From Myxococcota bacterium (GTDB lineage Bacteria > Myxococcota_A > SURF-8): a stretch of 64,000 nt of DNA. Position 1 is the stretch's first letter; each line of letters begins with the position of its first letter. A program made the position numbers and the translations under genes. The stretch lies in NCBI GenBank assembly GCA_965140415.1, contig OZ223209.1:1568001-1632000 (forward strand), given 5' to 3'. The notes under the pieces are model-generated. The model searched no databases. It was not told the DNA's origin and saw only the letters and a program-made list of their open reading frames with translations. Shown one piece after another: positions 9,610 to 17,928 of this stretch.

Positions 9610-11466
9610 ATGGCAACGGTCCGGGAAATTCTGCACGGTGCGCCTCATAAGCCGGGCGTGTACATGATGAAAAATGCTAGGGGACGTGTGTTCTATATCG
9701 GCAAAGCCAAAGATCTACACAACCGCATGCATCAGTATATTACGCCCAACAGCGATACCCGACCCTTTGTCCTGATCCTGGACCGCTTGCTCGCGGATGT
9801 GGAATTCTTCCTTACGACAAGTGAAAAAGAAGCGTTACTGTTAGAGAACATTCTAATCAAGAAACATCGTCCGCAATACAACGTTCGCATCAAAGACGAC
9901 ACCAACTTCTTCTCCCTGCGACTCGATCTGCACCAGGATTTTCCCCGTCTGCAAGTGGTTCGCAAACGGAAAAAGGACGGTGCGCTTTACTTTGGTCCCT
10001 ATTCCGGAGCGGGCAAGGCAAGGGAGATGCTGCGTCTGGTCAACAAGCACTTTGCGCTGCGCGATTGCACCGAACGTGCGTTTCAAGCCGCCAAGCGGCC
10101 CTGTATGCGTTATCAGATGGGCCGTTGCAAGGGGCCTTGCTCCTTGCCGGTTGAAGCAAAGGATTATCATGAAGAAGTGCGCCGGGTGCGCATGTTTCTG
10201 GAAGGTAAAAAAGAGCTTTTGGTTCAGGAACTGGAACCGTTGATGCAACGGGCTTCGGAGAATATGGAATATGAACTGGCGGCGAAATACCGGGACCAGA
10301 TTCAGGCGGTCAGTGGATCTCTTGAAAAGCAGGTGATGGATCTGTCCAAGGATGTCGATTGGGATGTCATCGGTTGGTTGCGCAAAGGCGAAGTGGCGGT
10401 GTTTACGGTGGTAAAGGTGCGTCTGGGGCGCATGGTGGACCGCGTGAGTCAGCTCATCGATTGCCGGGCGCTTTCCGATACCGCTACCATCAGCGGTTTC
10501 TTGTCGCAATACTACGAAGACGTGTGGCCTTTGCCGCAGCGGATATTGCTTCCGCTATTGCCGGACAATCACGAGGGCGTTCAGGAGTGGCTGTCGGAGC
10601 GACGCGGCACACGCGTGAACCTGTCGCTTCCGGAGCGGGGAAAACCGGCTCGCTTATTGGGTATTGCCATGCAGAATGCGGCGCATGCCTTCGCCGAAAT
10701 GGCTAGCAAGAAAAGCGCGCGGGAAAAAGTGCTGTCGCGGCTCAAGCAGGCATTGAGTCTTAAGCGTTCCCCAGTGCGAATCGAATGCTACGACATTTCC
10801 AATATCCAGGGGAGGTTGGCGGTCGGTTCCATGGTTTGCTTTATCGAAGGCGAGGCGGCAGTGCGTGAGTACCGTCGCTACCGCATCAAGTTGACGGACG
10901 GTCCCGACGATTTCGCCATGATGCACGAGGTGCTTTCGCGTCGCATGGAACGAGGCATCAAGGAAGGCAATCTACCCGATCTGATTCTGGTTGATGGTGG
11001 CAAGGGGCAGCTCAATATGGCTTTAGCCGTGTTCGATGAATTGCAGGTGAAGGATGTTGAACTGGCATCACTGGCCAAGTCGCGTTTAAAGGAATCGGTG
11101 GGTGAAGGGCAAATCGCGGAGGAATTCGAGGGCAAGCTGCGCACTCCCGAGCGGGTGTTCCGGCCAGGCATCAAGAATCCCGTCGTATTGAAACCCGGTA
11201 CCGCCGAACTGAATCTGCTACAGCAACTTCGGGACGAGGCGCATCGTTTTGCCATTACCTACCATCGAAAGTTACGCAGCAAGCAGAACCTGCGTTCCGG
11301 TTTGCTCGATATCCCCGGTATCGGGCCGAAACGGGCACAGGCGCTGTTGCGTCATTTCGGTTCGCTAAAGCAGGTGAAGCTGGCTAAAGTAGAGGATATT
11401 GCCGCCGTCGATGGCTTCAACCGGACGATAGCCGAAGACATCCTCGCGTTTTTGAGTCGAAGCTGA
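9610..11466 (+). CDS. uvrC: Excinuclease ABC subunit C
   Basis: GIY-YIG (PGVYMM...YIGKAK), Cys cluster, UVR coil, IECYDISN, DGGKGQL, RDEAHRFAI and HhH (IPGIGPKRA). Confidence 0.98.
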   Translation: MATVREILHGAPHKPGVYMMKNARGRVFYIGKAKDLHNRMHQYITPNSDTRPFVLILDRLLADVEFFLTTSEKEALLLENILIKKHRPQYNVRIKDDTNFFSLRLDLHQDFPRLQVVRKRKKDGALYFGPYSGAGKAREMLRLVNKHFALRDCTERAFQAAKRPCMRYQMGRCKGPCSLPVEAKDYHEEVRRVRMFLEGKKELLVQELEPLMQRASENMEYELAAKYRDQIQAVSGSLEKQVMDLSKDVDWDVIGWLRKGEVAVFTVVKVRLGRMVDRVSQLIDCRALSDTATISGFLSQYYEDVWPLPQRILLPLLPDNHEGVQEWLSERRGTRVNLSLPERGKPARLLGIAMQNAAHAFAEMASKKSAREKVLSRLKQALSLKRSPVRIECYDISNIQGRLAVGSMVCFIEGEAAVREYRRYRIKLTDGPDDFAMMHEVLSRRMERGIKEGNLPDLILVDGGKGQLNMALAVFDELQVKDVELASLAKSRLKESVGEGQIAEEFEGKLRTPERVFRPGIKNPVVLKPGTAELNLLQQLRDEAHRFAITYHRKLRSKQNLRSGLLDIPGIGPKRAQALLRHFGSLKQVKLAKVEDIAAVDGFNRTIAEDILAFLSRS

Positions 11467-11550
11467 ATAAGTCGGGTTTGTAGCCTGAAAGCCTGGAATT
11501 TTCGAAAAGCTCACCATCAAGGAAGAAAAAAGCATCCGCCAATGCTCATC

Positions 11551-12648
11551 TTACCTGGAGCAGGTCTGCATGACGAAGCGCTCGAAATGCGTGTGACGTG
11601 GAGCCTGGCTGGAACGGATGGCGCGGTCACAGGTGTGCAAGTTGTTCAGAGCCTTGACTAGTGCCACTGTTGGGAAAGCAGAGGCTTGTTGTACGCGGAT
11701 CTTTGCTTTCCAGGGCGGGCCGGGATATTCGCTCAGTAGGGCTTGGGCTCGCAAACCCTGATCGAGTTTCTGGCGCAGTTGCGCCAACTCCTGCAACACG
11801 CGATACAGCGCCCCCAAAAGCAGCAGGTCGTCCTCCGGTTTGCTGTTTTCCATCAGTTTGGTCATGATGCGCAGGGATGGGCCGAGTTGCCTGGCTGCGA
11901 TGGCGTCCTGCAATTTCCAGATGTCTTCCACGCGCGAACTGGTGATGCATTTCTCGACGTCGCCGCATCCGATGGCGTTGCCTTCACCCACGAATAACGC
12001 GAGTTTATCGATGGCCTGTAGCAACTCGTTCAAGTCCAGGCCCATGTATTCCATCAACATGCTGATGGCGCGTTCCTCGATTTTGACTTTTCGGCGCTTT
12101 AGTTCCAGCTTCAATACCGGCAGGGCTTCGCGATCTCTGGTGAAGGGTGCAAAGCGCGCCATGGCGGCGTGAGTAAGCAGCGACTGCTTGGCCGCCTCGC
12201 CGCCTTTGTTGCGGGTGGGCAGGTGAACGCCGATGAAGACCAGGCAGGTGGTCGGGCTGGGGTTGGCCAGGTAACGTTCGGCCACACGCCACTGTTCGGC
12301 GTTGAACTCGTGCGCGTCCTTCACCACTACCAGTCTTTTGGGGCGCATCATCGGGTAGGTCTCGGCGATCTCGATCACGCTTTTCATATCGGCTTCGGGC
12401 GCGGTAAAGCCCGAGTAATTCATGTCGCGCAGGTTGCCATCGACAACGATACGTCGTATCTCGTGAAGCACTTTATCCAGCAGATAATCATTGAAGGGAT
12501 TGACCTTTTTCTTGTCCGCGCCGCGCGGCGGTTGATCCGAGGCGTGGAGATAATAAACGGGCTTGATCTCGTCTTTTAAAAGCGAGGCGAGCAGGTCTTC
12601 CGGTTTAAGCCGGTTTTTCGCCCGGCTGCGTGGTTTTGCTGTGGCCAT
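11551..12648 (-). CDS. holA: DNA polymerase III subunit delta
   Basis: PVYYL, ETYPMM..KRLVVVK, YLANPSPTTCLVF and IDKLALF motifs; TAATG overlap with the upstream lptE, the usual gene order. Confidence 0.85.
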   Translation of the reverse strand: MATAKPRSRAKNRLKPEDLLASLLKDEIKPVYYLHASDQPPRGADKKKVNPFNDYLLDKVLHEIRRIVVDGNLRDMNYSGFTAPEADMKSVIEIAETYPMMRPKRLVVVKDAHEFNAEQWRVAERYLANPSPTTCLVFIGVHLPTRNKGGEAAKQSLLTHAAMARFAPFTRDREALPVLKLELKRRKVKIEERAISMLMEYMGLDLNELLQAIDKLALFVGEGNAIGCGDVEKCITSSRVEDIWKLQDAIAARQLGPSLRIMTKLMENSKPEDDLLLLGALYRVLQELAQLRQKLDQGLRAQALLSEYPGPPWKAKIRVQQASAFPTVALVKALNNLHTCDRAIRSSQAPRHTHFERFVMQTCSR

Positions 12649-13193
12649 TAAAAGGACTCCGCTAGTTCATGATAGGCGCGTTGCATCATGCGCCCGGCTA
12701 GTTGTTGTAGCGCCGTTTCTCGCCCGGCATCCATGCGCAACAGGCTGGCTGAGCCGGGGTAGTCGATACTATCACGCATGGAGTAACTCCACAAGACAGC
12801 CCCGGCGGCATCGGCCAGCTTCAAGTCGATGGCCACTTCCACCTCGGCGATGCCGACTCGTTGCCCCTGCTCGGAAAGGCTCACCGCGATATTCTGCGAC
12901 ACCGACACGATGCGTCCCTGTAGCTGGTATTCGGCTCGATCCTTTGTGACGAGATCGAAGCTGCCGCGACCGGAAAAGGCTTGCCGCGCTTGCTGCGTAA
13001 AAGCGGTTTCCGCTGCGAACTCGTGAGTATCATTCACGAAAACCGCAATAAACAGCCTTGTTCCTGGCTTGGCCCATTCGGAGCGCGTTTCCCCGAAGCG
13101 ATAGCCGCAACCGGCAGTCGTCAGAAGAAGCAGCAGCAGACCCAGCAGCAGGGCGGGGGGCGTGATCGAATTGTAGCCGCATCGTCGTGTCAT
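12648..13193 (-). CDS. lptE: LptE-family LPS assembly lipoprotein
   Basis: Lipobox TAGC-GYRF, FVNDT motif, directly upstream of holA. Start re-called to ATG 13193. Confidence 0.8.
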   Translation of the reverse strand: MTRRCGYNSITPPALLLGLLLLLLTTAGCGYRFGETRSEWAKPGTRLFIAVFVNDTHEFAAETAFTQQARQAFSGRGSFDLVTKDRAEYQLQGRIVSVSQNIAVSLSEQGQRVGIAEVEVAIDLKLADAAGAVLWSYSMRDSIDYPGSASLLRMDAGRETALQQLAGRMMQRAYHELAESF

Positions 13194-13316
13194 GGACCGG
13201 GAAGGTAGCAGGGAAGGGCAGAGGCTGTCAACAGACAAACACGAATAGGTAGCTTCGGACATTTGGGAACGCATAAAAAGTTGAGAAGCGCTTTGCAACT
13301 GTGATACATCTCGCGT

Positions 13317-14693
13317 ATGAAAACGATTGCCCGAACATTCTGGAAGATGCTGTTTTGCGGTGTGCTGCTTGCTCTGTTGTTCGCCTGCGAGGGCCAACGG
13401 CAGGTCGAATTCGTTCAAACGGCTTCCATGCGTGAGGCCGTCGCTGCGGGCGGCTGGGAGCGCACGGCCAAGCGAATGAACGCGTTAATTCCCGCCTCTT
13501 TGTGGTTGGAGAATTCAGCCAAGTTGTATTTCGGTCGTACGGTAGAGGTGAACTGGCAGGCGCAGCGCGAGCGGGATGCCTGGCTGGTGGAAGCCTCCGC
13601 CAAATTGGAATCGATCCATTTGGAATGGGAATTCGCCGTCAATAAAGGGGAAAAGTCTCCTCGTCTGTTGGAAGCCGATGCCGTGCTGGCCTATCGGATG
13701 GAACGCCTGAAACTTGCCGATCACCCATTTACACCCGTTGCCCGCGTGCAACGGATCGAGCGCAGCGCCAACGGAGATTGGTACTTTAGTTGGGAAGGCT
13801 GTCTGATGAATCACGGTCTGCAACCCATCGAGCAGATCGAACTGCGCGCTTCGTTACTGGTCGACGGTCCCGACGGTCGCCTGGGAGCGGTGGGGCAGGC
13901 TCGCCACACCACCGCGCGCTCCGGCATCCCGAAAACCGTGCAGGCGGATGCCTTTTTCTGCACCACGCTGCGCAGCGGGCGCTTATCTTCCGGCGTGATC
14001 GGCGAAAAGCCGGAGCAGGTGTTGGGTGTGGTGGAGGCTCACTGGATCGATTCGGTGGGCTTGCAGCGCATCGGTCCCATCGTGTTGGAACCGCTAGCGT
14101 GGACTACGGAAACGGAGTATGAGCGCAAAGGCTATGCCATCGTCAACGGCGGCGAGTTGAAAGCCCTCGATTCGGAAAAGGTTCTTGCTACATTGCCTGT
14201 TCCAGCGTTGGTATCCTTGCAGCAACAGCGCGGCAGTCGCCTGCAAGTGCGTTCCACGGAGGGCATCGTCGGATTGATCGAGCAGGAACAGGTTCTTGCA
14301 GAGTATCCCCGCACGCGGGTGGACTTGGACCCGGCGGTCAAAGAGCAGATCCAGAAGCTGTTGACCTTGCTGCTGACCGATCGGGCGGAAGCAGCCACGG
14401 CGATGTTCGACGAGCGCACCCAGGCGGAGCGACATGGTGAGTTATTACGGGATCTGCACCGGCGAGTGGATGTTCCACCGGCTTTGGAAGTGCGCAAGGT
14501 GACCATTCATCCATTGAACGTGCAGCGAGTGTACGGTCTGGTCATGGTGGAATACTTTGCCTGGATCGAACTCGCGGACGGTAACTTGTGGCGCAGCTAC
14601 GATGTGCTGCTTTATACACACACCGCCAAGGGACCGCGCTTCACGCTTGCTCCCAGTAACGCCTCGCCGAAAGTCGAGAGCGAGTCTGATTGA
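13317..14693 (+). CDS. Hypothetical lipoprotein with a possible SH3b-like segment
   Basis: Signal peptide with lipobox LFAC; the segment VSLQQQRGSRLQVRSTEGIVGLIEQEQV resembles SH3b. Confidence 0.65.
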   Translation: MKTIARTFWKMLFCGVLLALLFACEGQRQVEFVQTASMREAVAAGGWERTAKRMNALIPASLWLENSAKLYFGRTVEVNWQAQRERDAWLVEASAKLESIHLEWEFAVNKGEKSPRLLEADAVLAYRMERLKLADHPFTPVARVQRIERSANGDWYFSWEGCLMNHGLQPIEQIELRASLLVDGPDGRLGAVGQARHTTARSGIPKTVQADAFFCTTLRSGRLSSGVIGEKPEQVLGVVEAHWIDSVGLQRIGPIVLEPLAWTTETEYERKGYAIVNGGELKALDSEKVLATLPVPALVSLQQQRGSRLQVRSTEGIVGLIEQEQVLAEYPRTRVDLDPAVKEQIQKLLTLLLTDRAEAATAMFDERTQAERHGELLRDLHRRVDVPPALEVRKVTIHPLNVQRVYGLVMVEYFAWIELADGNLWRSYDVLLYTHTAKGPRFTLAPSNASPKVESESD

Positions 14694-14908
14694 TTCGCTA
14701 TTTCTATTTCAGCTGTAGCGACTGTTATCAAAATCAAGCGAATGTCGGTCGAGTGGCCATGGCAAAGGGTGGCACGTGGCCAAGCGGAATGGAATGGAGC
14801 TTGCCCGTGTTTATTATTTTGGAGCATGAGCAACATGCGGTTCGCCCATGATTCCACCCACCTGCGGACCTACCAGAGTTCGATGAACAGAAATAAATAA
14901 TATCTGCT

Positions 14909-16129
14909 CTATTTCAGCATCAAGTCGGTCGGGTTGATCAACTGCGTACGATGTGCCTCGACGGTTTGATAGCTTTGCTCTTCCGGTGTTTTCGCCATCA
15001 CACGTACCAGGATTGAATAATACTCTTTCGGATCGATCTTGATTCCGGCGAAACTGGCCGTCCCACTTGTAAATCCGCCGGGCAGCAGGTGAATTTTTTC
15101 CTCTTTGGTGTCTACAACTCGCTGGTCGCCTTCGATCAGAGAAATGTCCAGGCGCACGTCGGCGCGTCCGTAAGGCAGCCCGGAAAGTCGGTAACGCAAA
15201 CGAGGTTGACCGTTGATCCATTCGCCAACCCAGAACACGAGGCGCGGCACGTCGGTCAAGGTGGTGCGATCCACCTGATTCTTCGTCATTTCCGCAAATT
15301 CAAGACGGGCTTCCTCGCCCAGCGAATCGATATACTGGTTCAAGGCCACATAAGCGGTTGCGCCCGGATGCTTGGGGGATTTTTCCAGCACCTGCTGCAT
15401 GGTCAAAGCGGCGGCGTCTTTCTCTCCCCGTTGTTCCTGTGCAAGCCCCTTGAAATACAAGGCTTTAATGAACATCGGATCTTTTTCCAACGCCTGGTTG
15501 TAGAGTTGAATCGCTCCCTTGTAATCGTGATCGAAACCGGCCAATGCCGCGCCCTGGATGAACAGCAGACCCACGCTGTCGGGGTTCAGTTTTTTGACCT
15601 CTTCGATCTCCTTCTGCATGGCTTCCCGGTCGCCCATCACCCGGTAATAGTCGGCCATCACGCGGTGACCGATGTAGGTGTCCGGATTGTAGCGGACGAT
15701 CACCCCGCCTAATAGACGAGCGCTTTCGGTGACTTCGCCAAGCTGGTTGGTGCGCAGATCCAGTAATTGCAGCACATTCATCCGTTCCGATTGCTGATCG
15801 GCCAGTTCCGCCGCGATCAGTTTCAGGCGTAACAAGTCGATTTCACTGCGCAATTGTTCTGTCCAGGCCACATAAAGCTGCGCCAGCCAACCGGCGGTAT
15901 GTACGTCGTCACGATCTTTCAAGCGCAGCATTAAAAAATGAACTTCCGCCTGTTCGAACTCGCGAAAGTCATCCAGTCGCAACATACGTTCGGCGGTTTT
16001 CAGGTTTCCGCCGTATTCGGAGGTGTTCAGGATATCCCGCGCTCGGGCTTCTTGCTGCGTATCGCAGGCGCTAAGTAGGCCAATGGAAACCAGCAAAGCG
16101 GCAAAGATGGCCAGGGTTCGTAAAGTCAT
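14909..16129 (-). CDS. TPR-repeat lipoprotein
   Basis: RBS GAGGAGG before ATG 16129, lipobox LSAC, TPR motifs (AIQLYNQALEKDP, ALYFKGLA, QQVLEKSPKH) and a beta-rich C-terminus. Confidence 0.8.
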   Translation of the reverse strand: MTLRTLAIFAALLVSIGLLSACDTQQEARARDILNTSEYGGNLKTAERMLRLDDFREFEQAEVHFLMLRLKDRDDVHTAGWLAQLYVAWTEQLRSEIDLLRLKLIAAELADQQSERMNVLQLLDLRTNQLGEVTESARLLGGVIVRYNPDTYIGHRVMADYYRVMGDREAMQKEIEEVKKLNPDSVGLLFIQGAALAGFDHDYKGAIQLYNQALEKDPMFIKALYFKGLAQEQRGEKDAAALTMQQVLEKSPKHPGATAYVALNQYIDSLGEEARLEFAEMTKNQVDRTTLTDVPRLVFWVGEWINGQPRLRYRLSGLPYGRADVRLDISLIEGDQRVVDTKEEKIHLLPGGFTSGTASFAGIKIDPKEYYSILVRVMAKTPEEQSYQTVEAHRTQLINPTDLMLK

Positions 16130-16290
16130 GGTCCGGTTCCTCCTCACGTTGTCGTACCAAACATTCCGGTTCCTTATAGGCAATCGTAACGAATCTACTG
16201 GAATGATGAAAGCATTTGTTGCAAGATAGTTGAAAATGGTAGGCTTGGCAAAAAAGAAATTCGGGGCTATCGAAGCTGGAAGGAGTCGTC

Positions 16291-16959
16291 GTGCCGCTAC
16301 CGAAGCAAGCATATGTCACAGAGGAAACACTGACGGAGTCGGCCCATGCGTGGTTGGAGCGCGTGCGGGAGCGAACCGGTCGACGTCCCAAACCGCTGCC
16401 GGAAGGGAACTCGGCGCTGTTGCTGATTGACATGCAACGCTTTTTTCTCGATCCGGAATCGCGGGCTTTCGTTCCGGCTTCGCAGGCGATTCGGCAACGG
16501 CTTGTGCTGGCCATCCAATGGGCGCGACAGGCGGGAATTCCGGTTGCCGCAACACGCCACGGTCACGAAGAAGGGGCGAATCTCTTTCCCATGGATCATC
16601 TGTGGCGTCAGCCCCTGATGGCCTCCGATGAGTGGGCTGATATAGATAAACAGTTGATATCGGAAGATATTCCGGTGTTCGATAAGCAGAGCTATTCCGC
16701 TTTTCAATCTCGGGAATTACTTGGCTGGTTGCAGTCGCAGCAGGTGCGCAAGCTGTTTCTAGCCGGAGTGACCAGCCATTTGTGCGTGGAAAGCACGGCG
16801 CGTGACGCGGTTTGCCATGGGCTGTTTCCGATCATGCTGGCGGATGCCTGCGCGGCCTGGACCGAGCGGCAGCAGCTGCGGGCGCTGGAAGCTGTGGAAG
16901 ATGGAATCGGGAAAACGATGTTGCTGGAAGATCTGTTAGCTGGAGACGTGAGACCATGA
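16291..16959 (+). CDS. Isochorismatase-family cysteine hydrolase
   Basis: ALLLIDMQ (Asp), DKQSYSAF (Lys), AGVTSHLCVESTARDA (Cys nucleophile). Confidence 0.92.
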   Translation: MPLPKQAYVTEETLTESAHAWLERVRERTGRRPKPLPEGNSALLLIDMQRFFLDPESRAFVPASQAIRQRLVLAIQWARQAGIPVAATRHGHEEGANLFPMDHLWRQPLMASDEWADIDKQLISEDIPVFDKQSYSAFQSRELLGWLQSQQVRKLFLAGVTSHLCVESTARDAVCHGLFPIMLADACAAWTERQQLRALEAVEDGIGKTMLLEDLLAGDVRP

Positions 16960-17852
16960 CGGAATGCCAGGTCGCGATTGTCGGAGCCGGTCCATCGGGA
17001 ATCACCTGTGCGGTGCAACTGCTGCGCATGGGAGTGACTGTCAAGCTCTTCGAAGCCGAGCGGGCTGGAGGAACGATTCGCCTTGCCTGGCGGGTCGAAA
17101 ACTTCCCGGTCATGCCAGCCGGTGGACCGGGGGAGGAGATTGCCCGACGTTTTGAGGAACATCTGGCCGCTTTCGATATCGTCCCGGTTTGTGCGCGCAT
17201 CCGCCGCATTCTGGTCGATTCCCGTTTTCGCCTGCAAACGGATGAGGACAGCTACGATGCCCAGGCGGTGGTTCTGGCCTGCGGCTTGACGCCGCTGACG
17301 TTGACCGAGCCGCCTGAACTGACTCCTTTTCTCTGGCAGGGAGCGGAGTTGCCGCCCCCTTGCGAAGAGGGCATATTGGTGATCGGTGGTGGGGATGTAG
17401 CCTTCGATCAGGCCGGCAGGCTGGCCTCTGCCGGGTTCAACGTCACGCTGGTGCATCGCTCCACCCGGCTTAAAGCCCTGGCGCGCATTGTGGATGCGGC
17501 GCGGGAAGTGGGTGTGACGATCCGGCATTCTTCCGAGCCGCAGTGGAAAATCGGTGCAACAGCGGTTCGGCGCGGCGATCTTCCGCAGGATGGCCCGTTT
17601 CGTTACGTGCTGCCCTGCATCGGACGCGAGGCGCGTCCGCCTTCGGTGGTTTCCGATTCCGGGCGGGTTCCGCTTGTGCCGATTTCGGCTTTCGGCGAAA
17701 CGAAACAGCCGGGACTGTTCGTGGTGGGAGATCTGGCGCACGGGCGCAATCGGCAGGTTTCCATCGCGATGGGTGATGGCATGCTGGCGGCGTTGGAGTT
17801 GGCGCAGCGTTTCGAAGCGGTGGAGCCGATCGCCATTAAAAGGGGGCGCTAA
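16956..17852 (+). CDS. FAD/NAD(P)-dependent oxidoreductase, thioredoxin-reductase-like
   Basis: IVGAGPSG, VENFP, VIGGGDVA, GLFVVGD and QVSIAMGDG motifs; ATGA overlap with the upstream gene. Confidence 0.85.
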   Translation: MTECQVAIVGAGPSGITCAVQLLRMGVTVKLFEAERAGGTIRLAWRVENFPVMPAGGPGEEIARRFEEHLAAFDIVPVCARIRRILVDSRFRLQTDEDSYDAQAVVLACGLTPLTLTEPPELTPFLWQGAELPPPCEEGILVIGGGDVAFDQAGRLASAGFNVTLVHRSTRLKALARIVDAAREVGVTIRHSSEPQWKIGATAVRRGDLPQDGPFRYVLPCIGREARPPSVVSDSGRVPLVPISAFGETKQPGLFVVGDLAHGRNRQVSIAMGDGMLAALELAQRFEAVEPIAIKRGR

Positions 17853-17928
17853 GCTTTAATTGTCCACATTTTCTTTCACATGCGGTTGCCTTGCACTATG
17901 ATGATAGCGAACAGCCGATGAGGAGTCG

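Noticed and set aside
13194-13418. N-terminal extensions in the ORF track (lptE; likewise 16130-16312, 29394-29489, 44620-44697, 54251-54571, 60067-60102)
   Set aside because: They overlap divergent genes or promoters; downstream starts have an RBS and give proper signal peptides or family N-termini.
14770-14786. Sigma54-like TGGCACG (and TGGCA sites near 25419, 46350, 54340)
   Set aside because: GG-to-GC spacing is wrong or the -12 GC is absent.
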